From: a virus | Length of the DNA: 64,000 bases | Virus record (IMG/VR): IMGVR_UViG_3300046787_000390 | Span: 1-64,000 of that record | Direction: 5' to 3' (one strand) | Shown here: piece after piece, positions 8,329-18,306 of the stretch | Numbering within the stretch: the stretch's first letter is position 1 | Layout of the letters: each line of letters starts with the position of its first letter | Translations under genes and position numbers: made by a program | Notes under the pieces: model-generated | The model's input: the letters and a program-made list of their open reading frames with translations, nothing else | What the model was told of the DNA's origin: nothing | The model's database searches: none

Positions 8329-11186
8329 TACCAGTATCCACCTTTTAGTAAATTACCATTTGCAAATTCCTTGACACTGAAGTTATTACTTATTTGTGAA
8401 CGGCTTTGTATTGGTAATAATGTAATTGATATTTCCATCTTAGTCGGCACATAGGTCGGAGTCGAAGATGCTAAATTATTCGCTTGTGACAGAGGTGAAT
8501 TTGTTAATGCGCCTGCTACTAAGCTGCTGTTTAGTAAACGATTCACACTGTATGACAGCGGGTTATTTGAAAGAGGATTTCTTAACCGACTGTTAAGTCT
8601 GTTGGTATTATTCTGAAGGGTGCTTTGACAACGGATGTAATCAACATCCGGCGGCAATGTATAGTTAAATTGACTTACAACGCAAGGATGCTCGGCAAAT
8701 TGATAATCGCCGTAACCATTTAAGTAAACCAAAGGCGGTGGCGATCCACGTTGGGTGTCTTGGCCATAAAACATTTTGGTGCAGCTACGGAAGAAGTGAA
8801 TCACGGCCAACAAGTAATCGCCTTCTTTTGTATCCTGGGCTGTGAATGTTCCGCGGATGTTAACTGCATCAACATAACTGCCTTTGTAAAAGTAACCTCT
8901 GTAGTTTGAGTGTGTTAAATCGTATGGATCATAATTTGCTTTGTACGCTGTTTCGATAGATGGTGTATAAGGAAATATCACACCGTCAGTGAGTTTCAAC
9001 GCTGATAAAATTCCAGGTTGCGGAGCATTATACAAATAATTGCTGTTTGGCGCCAGGCGCAAGCGCACACGCCAATCTGTAGATTGTGCTTTGGTGTTCC
9101 TTAGCTCTCTAATTGTTTGTTGAGCTCTTGCCTGGTTGGTCTGTGCAACTGTAATCGTATTGGTTGTAGATGTTGCATTGGCGCCATCGGGTCCAGTAAA
9201 CAAATTAGTTATACTTGATATTGCATTTGCACCGGCACCCACGATTCCGGATGCAATAGCAGATACTGATGCAGCTACACTAGTCAATGTAATACCGCTA
9301 GAAATATTTAAATTATTTTCAGCCGCGGTAGCTTGTTGCTGTGTTAGCCCTGTTTGTACTGTTTGCCCAGTTCTGCTATCAAAAACAGAAAAAGTTTTGG
9401 TTACTGAATCGTATGCTGTTTTAAATTTGCTAGCGCCTGCATCAAATACCGCAGCAGCCTGCCCTAGTACGCTTGTATCTGTAGATGCAACAACTTTTGC
9501 TGCTGAATCTCTTGCAGCAGTTACCGCTTCAGTAGCAGCATTAGTTTGTTCCAATACCTTTTGTGTTTCAGATAATTTAACGTACTCGCCTTTTAATTGT
9601 TCTTCGAGAATTGCACGTTCTTCTGCGGTGGTATTTGGATTTTCAAGTCGTTGATTAATATTGTAGATATTGTCTGAAGTTTTAACAATATCTGCTGTTG
9701 CTACTTTTCTATCGTTCTCGTACTGTTTTAATGCAGCATTTGTTGAATCAACTGTTGCCTTGGCTTGATTATATGTTTCTGACTTCTCTGGTGTTCCGCT
9801 TACTGCGGCTGGAGAAAAAATTGAACTAGATGCTGTCCCAGCAACAACTTTTGCTGCTGAATCTCTTGCAGTTGTAACTGCCGCGGTTGCAGCATTAGTT
9901 TGTTCCAGTACCTTTTGTGTTTCAGATAATTTAACATACTCACCTTTTAACTGATCTTCGAGTATTGCTCTTTCTTCTGCACTAGTATTTGGATTTTCAA
10001 GTCGTTGATTGATATTGTAGATATTGTCAGACGTCTTGACGATATCTGCTGTTGCTACTTTTCTATCATCATCGTATTGCTTCAGTGCAGCATTTGTCGA
10101 ATCAACAGTTGCCACAGCTTGATTGTATGAATCCGATCTTGTTATCACAACAAGACCAGAGCTATCCACTGTGTAAGGTGCTTTAATTGATTTTAAATCA
10201 GTTGTTGCAACTACCTTTGCAGCCGAATCTCGTGCTGTTGTTACTGCCTCAGCAGCAGCATTAGTTTGTTCCAATGACTTCGACGAAACTGCTAACTTAT
10301 CGTATTCACCTTTTAACTGTTCCTGGGCAACTGCTCTTTCTTCTTCGGAGATATTAGGATCTTCGAGTTTATTCTGAATAGCATAAATGTTGTCTGAGGT
10401 GCGTACAATATCGGCTGTATACGTTGCTTTCTCAGAGTCATATTGTTTAAGTGCTGTGTCAGTAGATTCGACAGTTTTTACAGCTTGGTTATATGTTTCG
10501 GCTTTTTCTGTCGGGCTAGGGCCAAAAAAGTCAGATATAGACGAGCCTGTTTTCCGGGCACTGTCGATGCCACTAGAAACGCCGCCGGCTGCACTGGCTG
10601 CTCCACCAACAACAGAAACTGCGGCTGTCAACGGTTGTATAATCTGATTGATTGGGTTTTGAATTCCCAATGCGTTTGTGGCAGCATTAACAGCCGGTGC
10701 TATTTTTTGATATGATGCCAATACCTTCTGTGCGTCTTTGGCAATTGTCCCTACTTCTTTAGATACAGTGTCGGCTACTGATTTGATTTTATCCAGCGAC
10801 GGCAGTGAATCCTTAACTGCGGTATAACCTGCCGAAATAGAGTCTCCCAATGACTTAGCACCGTCAGTGAATGAACTGAGTGATGGAAAGGAATCTGTTA
10901 TGGAACTAAAACTAAAATCCCCAACGCTAGGAATTGAACTTAAAATAGATCCAGAGTTAAATGTGTCAAACCAATCTGCGCTGCCTGCAAAACTACCGGT
11001 TGCAGACCAGGCGTCAATGCTTGCAAGATCACTAATAGGAACGTCAAACGTTGTGCCAAAATCACCAACTGCTCCAATACTAGATAAGAATTCTGTACCT
11101 GATGTGTCAACAACAGAAGTTACGCTACTAAAGTCAAAGGTGCTACCGAAGTCAATGGAATCAAACGAAATAAAATCAAAGGGCAT
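8328..11186 (-). CDS. Baseplate/tail-tube cap-like protein with long repetitive N-terminal extension
   Basis: C-terminal DWRVRL..GVIFPYTPSI..PPPLVYLNGYG..PTKMEISITLLPI domain; three ~95-aa internal repeats. Confidence 0.55.
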   Translation of the reverse strand: MPFDFISFDSIDFGSTFDFSSVTSVVDTSGTEFLSSIGAVGDFGTTFDVPISDLASIDAWSATGSFAGSADWFDTFNSGSILSSIPSVGDFSFSSITDSFPSLSSFTDGAKSLGDSISAGYTAVKDSLPSLDKIKSVADTVSKEVGTIAKDAQKVLASYQKIAPAVNAATNALGIQNPINQIIQPLTAAVSVVGGAASAAGGVSSGIDSARKTGSSISDFFGPSPTEKAETYNQAVKTVESTDTALKQYDSEKATYTADIVRTSDNIYAIQNKLEDPNISEEERAVAQEQLKGEYDKLAVSSKSLEQTNAAAEAVTTARDSAAKVVATTDLKSIKAPYTVDSSGLVVITRSDSYNQAVATVDSTNAALKQYDDDRKVATADIVKTSDNIYNINQRLENPNTSAEERAILEDQLKGEYVKLSETQKVLEQTNAATAAVTTARDSAAKVVAGTASSSIFSPAAVSGTPEKSETYNQAKATVDSTNAALKQYENDRKVATADIVKTSDNIYNINQRLENPNTTAEERAILEEQLKGEYVKLSETQKVLEQTNAATEAVTAARDSAAKVVASTDTSVLGQAAAVFDAGASKFKTAYDSVTKTFSVFDSRTGQTVQTGLTQQQATAAENNLNISSGITLTSVAASVSAIASGIVGAGANAISSITNLFTGPDGANATSTTNTITVAQTNQARAQQTIRELRNTKAQSTDWRVRLRLAPNSNYLYNAPQPGILSALKLTDGVIFPYTPSIETAYKANYDPYDLTHSNYRGYFYKGSYVDAVNIRGTFTAQDTKEGDYLLAVIHFFRSCTKMFYGQDTQRGSPPPLVYLNGYGDYQFAEHPCVVSQFNYTLPPDVDYIRCQSTLQNNTNRLNSRLRNPLSNNPLSYSVNRLLNSSLVAGALTNSPLSQANNLASSTPTYVPTKMEISITLLPIQSRSQISNNFSVKEFANGNLLKGGYW
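9485..10505 (-). repeat. Three ~290-nt intragenic repeats (approx. 10205-10505, 9840-10135, 9485-9785)
   Basis: Repeat unit YNQA..TV(D/E)ST..ALKQY...K...ADIV(K/R)TSDNIY.I...LE.PN...EERA....QLKGEY.KL......LEQTNAA..AVT.ARDSAAKVVA occurs three times. Confidence 0.9.
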
Positions 11187-11192
11187 AAATTA

Positions 11193-11915
11193 TCAATCCT
11201 TTAAAATCACTGTTTGTTCCAGCGACTCAATATCTTTAGCATCTGTAGCATGTATGCAAAACCAAACGCTGTCCTCTAGTGCAAGAATAGTGTGAGTAAT
11301 GTCTTTTTCAATTTCAATCATTGCAGGAGCAATGTACTCTTGAATTACTACACCGACTGCAACTCTAACACGCCCTTGCGCTAATATACTCAGATGATTG
11401 TAAGCATGTTTGTGTGTTGGAACTTTTGTTCCCTTTGGGATTACCATTTTTCTAGCATATACGCCTTCGGTAAAAAAATGTTCTATTTCCGAAGCTTCTT
11501 CATCTAGCGGTACTATCTTTTGATAGTGCTGTCCGATGCCGTAGCAAATAACGTCATCTAGCGTGATAATATCAACTGGCACTCCTTTAGGGAGAATAAA
11601 ATGCGCTGGCGCAACGGCCTTGAAACCTTTACTTGAATCGCCGTCGATTAACACTGCAACTGTTCCTTGACTTACAACAACTACTCGTTCTCTTGTTGCG
11701 GACTTTAGTTGCAATTTTTTACCTTTTGGAATATTCAAAGCATGCACATCCATATCATGCCCTTCGGTTAGTGTTTTTAATACTCGTTGCTCAGGAGGCA
11801 GCTCATTGGATGTCGCAGTGTTATCTGCAACTAATGCAATGTCAACATGATCAGACTCTGATAGTGCAGGGTCGTCATTGAAAGTATCAGTAGGGTTGTA
11901 GGTTTGGTTATGCAT
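11193..11915 (-). CDS. Tandem cupin-domain protein
   Basis: C-terminal cupin motif HFFTEGVYARKMVIPKG...HKHAYNHLSILAQG...HTILALEDSVWFCIH with a degenerate N-terminal copy; start moved to ATG 11915, 5 nt after TAAATA. Confidence 0.7.
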   Translation of the reverse strand: MHNQTYNPTDTFNDDPALSESDHVDIALVADNTATSNELPPEQRVLKTLTEGHDMDVHALNIPKGKKLQLKSATRERVVVVSQGTVAVLIDGDSSKGFKAVAPAHFILPKGVPVDIITLDDVICYGIGQHYQKIVPLDEEASEIEHFFTEGVYARKMVIPKGTKVPTHKHAYNHLSILAQGRVRVAVGVVIQEYIAPAMIEIEKDITHTILALEDSVWFCIHATDAKDIESLEQTVILKD

Positions 11916-11959
11916 AGCTTTATTTACCCAGATCAATATCTGCCCAGTTTATCTAACTG

Positions 11960-11987
11960 TTGACATGTAGTGCTTTTGTGTTATAAT
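11960..11987 (+). promoter_or_regulatory. Sigma70-type promoter for gp55
   Basis: TTGACA-16 nt-TATAAT with TG extension; AGGAG RBS before the GTG start at 12015. Confidence 0.75.
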
Positions 11988-12014
11988 AAGTAATCTATTA
12001 GGAGACTTTTCCCT

Positions 12015-12914
12015 GTGTCAACAACATTAACAAGAACGCCTGCCAAGGTAAATTACCTCAACAATCGCGACATTTTAAAAGAAATTCATTTAAGCAAGAA
12101 CACATATTGCTGGTATCAAGATCGTGTAAACGACCACCAATACGACATTATTTTACCTAGCTTGAGCAAGATAAATCAGCGTACAATAGCCGAAGCACGC
12201 CGAAACAGGGTTGATCGAATCAAACGTGAAACCGGTGAAGTACTAAACGAAAAGAAAATCCCGCACAGCGAGTTGGTATTCCGCATTACTTGTTGGGATC
12301 ATGTCCCGGCAGCACCTAAAAAAATTCCAAAAACACAAGCCAAGAAGAAAAAAATTGAAGATATCTTAGAGTTCGAAGAACTAATTGAGAACGAAGATGG
12401 TCTCGACGAAACGCTAGAAGTGCCAGTGCAAGATACTGCCAAGATGCGTCTTAACTTCCCTCCATTTGAGCATTATCGATTAGACGAAGAAAAGGTTCCT
12501 CAGCTGGTAGGTCGTAGTCACTGGAAGGGCGATTTGAAAACCGGCGAGTTCTCAAAGGAGCATGGGAACATGACCAAGAAGCTTGCCCTAATGTTTATGA
12601 AATTGTGTGAACGATATGCTACTCGTTCAAACTGGCGTGGGTATACTTACAATGAGGAAATGCGTGGACAGGCTCTACTACAACTATCTCAAATTGGTCT
12701 ACAGTTTGACGAATCCAAAAGCCAGAATCCCTTTGCATATTACACTGCCGCCATTACTAACAGCTTTACAAGAATTCTCAACATCGAAAAGAAGATGCAA
12801 AATATCAGAGATGACATTTTGGAAATAAACGGTTTGAACCCAAGTTGGACAAGACAAAACTCGGGAACGGGCAACTATGCGTCCGGACCGGTTGTATCTA
12901 CCTACAGTGAGTAG
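12015..12914 (+). CDS. gp55: Late-transcription sigma factor, T4 gp55-like
   Basis: NYLNN, NWRGYTYNEEM, FDESKSQNPFAYYT motifs; precedes gp47/gp46 as in T4; ends in TAG. Confidence 0.85.
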   Translation: MSTTLTRTPAKVNYLNNRDILKEIHLSKNTYCWYQDRVNDHQYDIILPSLSKINQRTIAEARRNRVDRIKRETGEVLNEKKIPHSELVFRITCWDHVPAAPKKIPKTQAKKKKIEDILEFEELIENEDGLDETLEVPVQDTAKMRLNFPPFEHYRLDEEKVPQLVGRSHWKGDLKTGEFSKEHGNMTKKLALMFMKLCERYATRSNWRGYTYNEEMRGQALLQLSQIGLQFDESKSQNPFAYYTAAITNSFTRILNIEKKMQNIRDDILEINGLNPSWTRQNSGTGNYASGPVVSTYSE

Positions 12915-12920
12915 TATACT
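12892..12920 (+). promoter_or_regulatory. Probable sigma70 promoter for gp47 (leaderless)
   Basis: TTGTAT-17 nt-TATACT, ATG 6 nt downstream. Confidence 0.45.
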
Positions 12921-12926
12921 GTATAG

Positions 12927-13943
12927 ATGAGTAATCTATTTAAAAAAGCTGCAATCTTCACTGACATCCATTTTGGCTTAAAGTCAAACAGTATTCTCCA
13001 CAACGAGGACTGTTTGTCTTTTGTCAAGTGGGCAACTGCCAAAGCAAAAGAGGAAGGGTGCGAAACTTGTTTGTTCCTCGGCGATTGGCACAACAATCGA
13101 TCGACTATTAACATTGTTACACTCAACTACAGCCTGCAAGCACTGGAACACCTAAATGCTAATTTTCAACGTGTGTATTTTATTCCTGGTAACCACGATT
13201 TATATTATCGCGATAAACGTGACATTCAAAGCGTGGAGTTTGCAAAGCACCTCCCTCGTGTTCAAATCTGCAATGATTGGTTCAGCGATGGTAATGTCAC
13301 TATTGCCCCTTGGCTATGTGGAGATGATCATAAACGCCTGGCCAAACTAAAAGGTGATTACTTGTTTGGGCACTTTGAGCTGCCCGGTTATTTGATGAAC
13401 GCAATGGTGGAGATGCCGGATCATGGGGAATTGCAACGAGATCAGCTTGGGGGCTTCGGTCATGTGTTCACTGGGCACTTCCACAAGCGACAGACTAAAA
13501 AGAACATTACCTACATCGGTAATGCGTTCCCTCACAATTATGCAGATGCTGGCGACGACGAACGAGGCCTCACTATTCTGGAGTGGGGACAAGCGCCTAC
13601 TTTTCATCAATGGCCTGATCAACCGACCTATAGGGTATACGGTCTTGCGAACCTTATCGACAACGCTGAAACACTTCTTAAAGCCAAAATGCACGTTCGT
13701 GTCAATCTAGACATTGAGATCAGTTACGAAGAAGCAGGCTTTATCAAAGACAACTTCATCACAAATTACAACTTGCGGGAAATGTCGTTGATTCCGAACA
13801 AAGCGGTTGGAGTTGATGAGGACATGGCACCCGGAGATGTCAAGTTTGAATCAGTGGATCAAATTGTCACTGATCAGATTACTAATATTGAATCAGAATT
13901 CTACGATAACAAACTTCTACTAAAGATTTACCAAAATCTATGA
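12927..13943 (+). CDS. gp47: Recombination endonuclease subunit (Mre11/SbcD-like)
   Basis: Metallophosphoesterase motifs DIHFG, GDWH, GNHD, GHF, GHFH. Confidence 0.9.
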   Translation: MSNLFKKAAIFTDIHFGLKSNSILHNEDCLSFVKWATAKAKEEGCETCLFLGDWHNNRSTINIVTLNYSLQALEHLNANFQRVYFIPGNHDLYYRDKRDIQSVEFAKHLPRVQICNDWFSDGNVTIAPWLCGDDHKRLAKLKGDYLFGHFELPGYLMNAMVEMPDHGELQRDQLGGFGHVFTGHFHKRQTKKNITYIGNAFPHNYADAGDDERGLTILEWGQAPTFHQWPDQPTYRVYGLANLIDNAETLLKAKMHVRVNLDIEISYEEAGFIKDNFITNYNLREMSLIPNKAVGVDEDMAPGDVKFESVDQIVTDQITNIESEFYDNKLLLKIYQNL

Positions 13944-14749
13944 TCTACTGTGTTTGGTATCCCAGCGGAGGGTTTGGGCACTTTGTTAATGCAGTGCTAA
14001 CGTTGCACGGCGACGGATTTGCAAGACCAAAAAACGACGTTAAATTTAGTGCAGTCGGCGATTTACATTATCTTGATTTAGTGTTACCAAAATATCTTCA
14101 CAATTATAATTACAATTATAATTTAGAAACTGTTGACCTAAACAAAAATTATTCTGTACTAATCGATAACGGTATCAACGACGAATCAACACTGTTCCGT
14201 GAAAAATTTAAAAATTCAGAAGTTATCAAAATATGTTATACTGATCGCAGTTGGCCAATAGTTGCAAAAACATCGATTATCAAAGCATTAAAAACTCAGC
14301 TCGATAGCGAGTTGCCACTAGAGAATAACTGGGAGTTGGACAACAACTGGGCGGTTAGAGAAAAGTATTTTCTCTATCTCAAGGATCATCCAAACCGGCA
14401 TGCGTGGAGACCGAGTCCTGCTAGCCACACATTATCAGTTGAATCGTTGCTTGACTACGAGTTGTTTGTAGAATTACTACTGTCATTTGGGATCAACTGC
14501 ACTGATTTTAAAAGTTTACACAGTGAGATGTTGAAGAACAACTGCCAACATTTTTCTGGGTTCCATTCTTCAGATAAAATTATCAATGCAATTAAAACCA
14601 ATGATCATATAAACATCGCCGATGTTACCGATCTGTGGGATCAAGCAGTTGTAAATTATTTTTTATATCTCGAGTTTGGGGTTGAGGTACCAGCAAACAC
14701 GTATGCTAACTGGTTTACCAACACTTCAGAAATTAGTAAAATACTTTAA
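13940..14749 (+). CDS. Hypothetical protein (possible P-loop/sulfotransferase-like fold)
   Basis: 269-aa ORF overlapping the gp47 stop; N-terminal YPSGGFGHF glycine-rich loop. Confidence 0.5.
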   Translation: MIYCVWYPSGGFGHFVNAVLTLHGDGFARPKNDVKFSAVGDLHYLDLVLPKYLHNYNYNYNLETVDLNKNYSVLIDNGINDESTLFREKFKNSEVIKICYTDRSWPIVAKTSIIKALKTQLDSELPLENNWELDNNWAVREKYFLYLKDHPNRHAWRPSPASHTLSVESLLDYELFVELLLSFGINCTDFKSLHSEMLKNNCQHFSGFHSSDKIINAIKTNDHINIADVTDLWDQAVVNYFLYLEFGVEVPANTYANWFTNTSEISKIL

Positions 14750-14757
14750 CAATTTTT

Positions 14758-15375
14758 ATGTCAATGAATACTATAACACCAAATATACTGTACCGCAATG
14801 ATAAATTTTTATCGTTGAGTGAAGTTACTCACTATCAAAATTTATTGAAAAACAGAAATTGGGGACTCTCTGACACGCCAACCTTAGATACACTGCAATA
14901 TGTTAGTCAAGACTTGTACAACCATTACAAGTGGGACGGAAATTGGGACGATGCTAGATGGCTAGATTCAACGCCAGCAGATTGGGAACATTTATACAAT
15001 AAAATTGCTACTCATTTGCCGCCGCATTATGTACACTGGGTCGACGTTAAACTGACTGGATCTCTTCAAGGCGGAACTCCTATTCACAAAGATGCAGGTC
15101 CCGATCGATCTGGTGGTGACACAACAAAATTTAGCGAGTCGTTAACTGTATTGTGTAACTTAAACACTGGTTGGGACCCTCTGTGGGGCGGAGGATTAGT
15201 AGTTTATCAAACTTCAGTTGATTCTAATAATCATCAAGTAGCCGAAACAATACCGATTGTGCCCGGACAGTTGTTGATTGTTAATAACTGTTATCATTCT
15301 ATCGAATTAATTACTGAACCGTCCAAATGTAGAGTGTCTTTCATACTACATGTGTTAAAATATAAGCAATCATGA
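14758..15375 (+). CDS. 2OG-Fe(II) oxygenase (prolyl-4-hydroxylase-like)
   Basis: HxD (IHKD), WDPLWGGGL, distal H (YHSI) and R-x-S (RVSF). Confidence 0.8.
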   Translation: MSMNTITPNILYRNDKFLSLSEVTHYQNLLKNRNWGLSDTPTLDTLQYVSQDLYNHYKWDGNWDDARWLDSTPADWEHLYNKIATHLPPHYVHWVDVKLTGSLQGGTPIHKDAGPDRSGGDTTKFSESLTVLCNLNTGWDPLWGGGLVVYQTSVDSNNHQVAETIPIVPGQLLIVNNCYHSIELITEPSKCRVSFILHVLKYKQS

Positions 15376-17453
15376 TCAAATTTAAAAATTTAACTGTTAA
15401 AAACTTTATGAGTGTAGGTAACGCTACACAAGGCATCGACTTTGATCGTAAGGATCTTACCCTTGTGCTAGGCGAAAACTTAGACCTAGGCGGCGACGGT
15501 AGCCGCAATGGCACTGGCAAGACTACAATTATCAATGCATTAAGTTATGCCCTGTACGGCAATGCTCTAAGTAATATTCGTAAAGATAATCTTGTGAACA
15601 AAACTAACGGCAAGGCTATGCTGGTTAGTTTAGAGTTCGATGTTAACGGTAAAGAATACAAAATTGAACGTGGTCGTAAGCCCAACGTGCTAAAGTTCTA
15701 CGTTAATCACGAAGAACAAGCAGCAACAGACGAAGCACAGGGCGAAAACAAAGAGACACAAGAAGCAATTGAACGTATCCTAGGCATGAGTCATGACATG
15801 TTCAAACATGTGCTAGCCCTTAACACCTACACCGAACCGTTTCTAAGTTTAAAAGCCAATGAGCAGCGCACTATTATCGAGCAGTTGCTAGGCATTACAT
15901 TACTTTCGGAACGTGCCGACAAGATCAAAGAACTTAACAAGCAGACCAAAGACGGTATTGCACAAGAAGAGTTTCGTGTCCGGGCTGTACAAGAAGCAAA
16001 CAAACGTATTGAAGAACAAATCGAAAGTCTGCGCCGTAGACAAGGGCTATGGCAAAAGAAAGTAGACAGTGACTTAACCTATCTAGCTGCTCAATATACC
16101 GACCTGTCAAAAATTGACATCGAAGCTGAACTGCAAGCACATAAAGATCTAGCAGTATGGTCGGCTAAAAAGTCTCAACAAGATATATACAACTCTCTGG
16201 TTGCAAGAGAAACTGCCTGGCGACAAAAACACACATCTGAAGTTGCTGCTGCTGGGCATGCATACCTAGACAAGAATCGAATCAATATCGAAACTGAGCT
16301 CGAAGCGTGGGTAGCGTTGGCAGCATACAACCAAAAAGCCAAAGACATTGCAGATCTTGAAAAATTAATTGCTCGCTGTGTTTCCGACGAAGCTAAAGAA
16401 CAAAAAATTATCAATAAGTTAAAAGCCGAAGTGGAAGAGCTTAAAGCCCACAAGTGTTATGCGTGTGGGCAAGACTTCCATGACACCAATCACGAAACTG
16501 TGTTAGCTGCAAAAGAAAAAGCGTTGCAAGAAGCTGCGTTGCAAGCATTAGCAACTAACAGTCAATGGTTAGAAAATACAGATGCGTTAACAGCTCTAGG
16601 TGAATTAGGACCAAAGCCGGTAACACACTACAGCACAGAAGCCGAAGCTATTCGCCACTCAAGTGAGTTGAACAGCTTGAAGCAAGTGTTAGATGCCAAG
16701 GAAGCAGAAACAAATCCGTTCTCTGAACAAATTGAAGAATTAGAAGAAGTTGTTGTTCCTCCACAACCCACAACGCACTACGATACTGAAACAGAAGCAG
16801 TTGAGCACCGCAGCCGAGTAAACAACTTGTTAGATCAGATTGCCAAGAAGGGCGAAGAGAAGGATCCGTATACTGAGCAAATTGACGACATGCAGAAACA
16901 AGCTCTACAAAAAGTTGATTACGATAGAATCAACGAGCTTACACGCTTACAAGAACATCAAGACTTCTTGCTCAAGTTGTTAACTAGCAAAGACTCGTTT
17001 GTTCGCAAGAAGATCATCGATCAAAATTTAGCGTACCTAAATCAACGATTAACTCATTACTTAGATCGTATCGGATTGCCGCACACAGTTAAATTTAATA
17101 ACGATCTGTCTGTTAGCATTGAAGAGCTTGGTCGTGAACTTGACTTTGACAACTTGAGTCGAGGAGAGCGCACACGTTTGATTTTGTCAATGTCATGGGC
17201 CTTCCGAGATGTGTGGGAATCACTGTATCACCCGATCAACTTGCTGTTCATCGACGAATTAATTGACAACGGTTTAGACACAGCTGGTGTTGAAAACGCA
17301 CTAGGCCTGCTGAAGAAAATGAGCAGAGAGCGTCACAAGTCAATTTGGTTAGTATCACACAGAGACGAACTAGCCGGACGAGTAGAGAACATTCTCAAAG
17401 TAATTAAAGAGAATGGGTTCACATCATACAACACTGATATAGATGTCGCGTGA
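15372..17453 (+). CDS. gp46: Recombination ATPase subunit (Rad50/SbcC-like)
   Basis: Walker A NGTGKTT, zinc hook CYAC, signature LSRGE, Walker B LLFIDE, H-loop VSH. Confidence 0.92.
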   Translation: MIKFKNLTVKNFMSVGNATQGIDFDRKDLTLVLGENLDLGGDGSRNGTGKTTIINALSYALYGNALSNIRKDNLVNKTNGKAMLVSLEFDVNGKEYKIERGRKPNVLKFYVNHEEQAATDEAQGENKETQEAIERILGMSHDMFKHVLALNTYTEPFLSLKANEQRTIIEQLLGITLLSERADKIKELNKQTKDGIAQEEFRVRAVQEANKRIEEQIESLRRRQGLWQKKVDSDLTYLAAQYTDLSKIDIEAELQAHKDLAVWSAKKSQQDIYNSLVARETAWRQKHTSEVAAAGHAYLDKNRINIETELEAWVALAAYNQKAKDIADLEKLIARCVSDEAKEQKIINKLKAEVEELKAHKCYACGQDFHDTNHETVLAAKEKALQEAALQALATNSQWLENTDALTALGELGPKPVTHYSTEAEAIRHSSELNSLKQVLDAKEAETNPFSEQIEELEEVVVPPQPTTHYDTETEAVEHRSRVNNLLDQIAKKGEEKDPYTEQIDDMQKQALQKVDYDRINELTRLQEHQDFLLKLLTSKDSFVRKKIIDQNLAYLNQRLTHYLDRIGLPHTVKFNNDLSVSIEELGRELDFDNLSRGERTRLILSMSWAFRDVWESLYHPINLLFIDELIDNGLDTAGVENALGLLKKMSRERHKSIWLVSHRDELAGRVENILKVIKENGFTSYNTDIDVA

Positions 17454-18306
17454 TATAAAGATCTTACACTTAGAAACAACGGATGTGTGCCAAGCAGCAT
17501 GTCCGTTGTGTGCTCGTGAGACTGATCCAGAGTTCAACAAGAGTACAAAGCATCATCTTGACATGAATAAAATCATGCAGGTGTTTGATGCTGCACAAAT
17601 TTCTAAATTAGATAAAATGTTCATGTGTGGTAACTACGGTGATCCAGCTGCGGGCAAACACACGCTAGACATATACCGAGAGTTTCGCAAACTTAACCCC
17701 GACATTGTATTAGGAATGAATACAAATGGTGCATTGCGAACTTCAAAGTGGTGGGGTGAACTTGGAAGTATATTAAATCAAACACAAGACTATGTTGTGT
17801 TTAGTATCGACGGACTAGAAGATACCAATCACATCTATCGCAAAAATGTAAACTGGGATAACTTGATAACAAATGTTAATGCATTTGTTGCTGCTGGCGG
17901 TTCAGCACACTGGGACATGTTGGTGTACCAGCACAACGAACATCAAGTTGACCAATGCCTGCAACTTGCACGTGACTTGGGATTTAAGTGGTTTAGATCC
18001 AAGGTATCGTTGCGTAAGCTAACAGATAATTTAAGTTGGCCAACAGGTTGGTTGCAATCTAAACAAAACAGTAGTACAATACATTGTCATGCATTAGAAG
18101 AGCAAAGTCTTTTCATTGATGCACAAGGTCGGGTAAGTGTTTGTGCCTGGTTAGGGGCAACGCAAGGAGATACCATAAGTGATGTTGAACAAGTTAGGTC
18201 TACCTGGACATCAAGTAAGCCTCATCCTATTTGTTCAAGAATGTGTTCAGTGCAGTCATCTGGTACAAACTTTACCAACCAATGGAAATACGAAATAGAA
18301 CTATGA
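17443..18306 (+). CDS. Radical SAM protein with Cys-rich C-terminus (Twitch/SPASM-like)
   Basis: CQAACPLC (CX3CX2C), GNYGDP, TNG, FSIDG; C-terminal cysteines. Confidence 0.85.
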   Translation: MSRDIKILHLETTDVCQAACPLCARETDPEFNKSTKHHLDMNKIMQVFDAAQISKLDKMFMCGNYGDPAAGKHTLDIYREFRKLNPDIVLGMNTNGALRTSKWWGELGSILNQTQDYVVFSIDGLEDTNHIYRKNVNWDNLITNVNAFVAAGGSAHWDMLVYQHNEHQVDQCLQLARDLGFKWFRSKVSLRKLTDNLSWPTGWLQSKQNSSTIHCHALEEQSLFIDAQGRVSVCAWLGATQGDTISDVEQVRSTWTSSKPHPICSRMCSVQSSGTNFTNQWKYEIEL

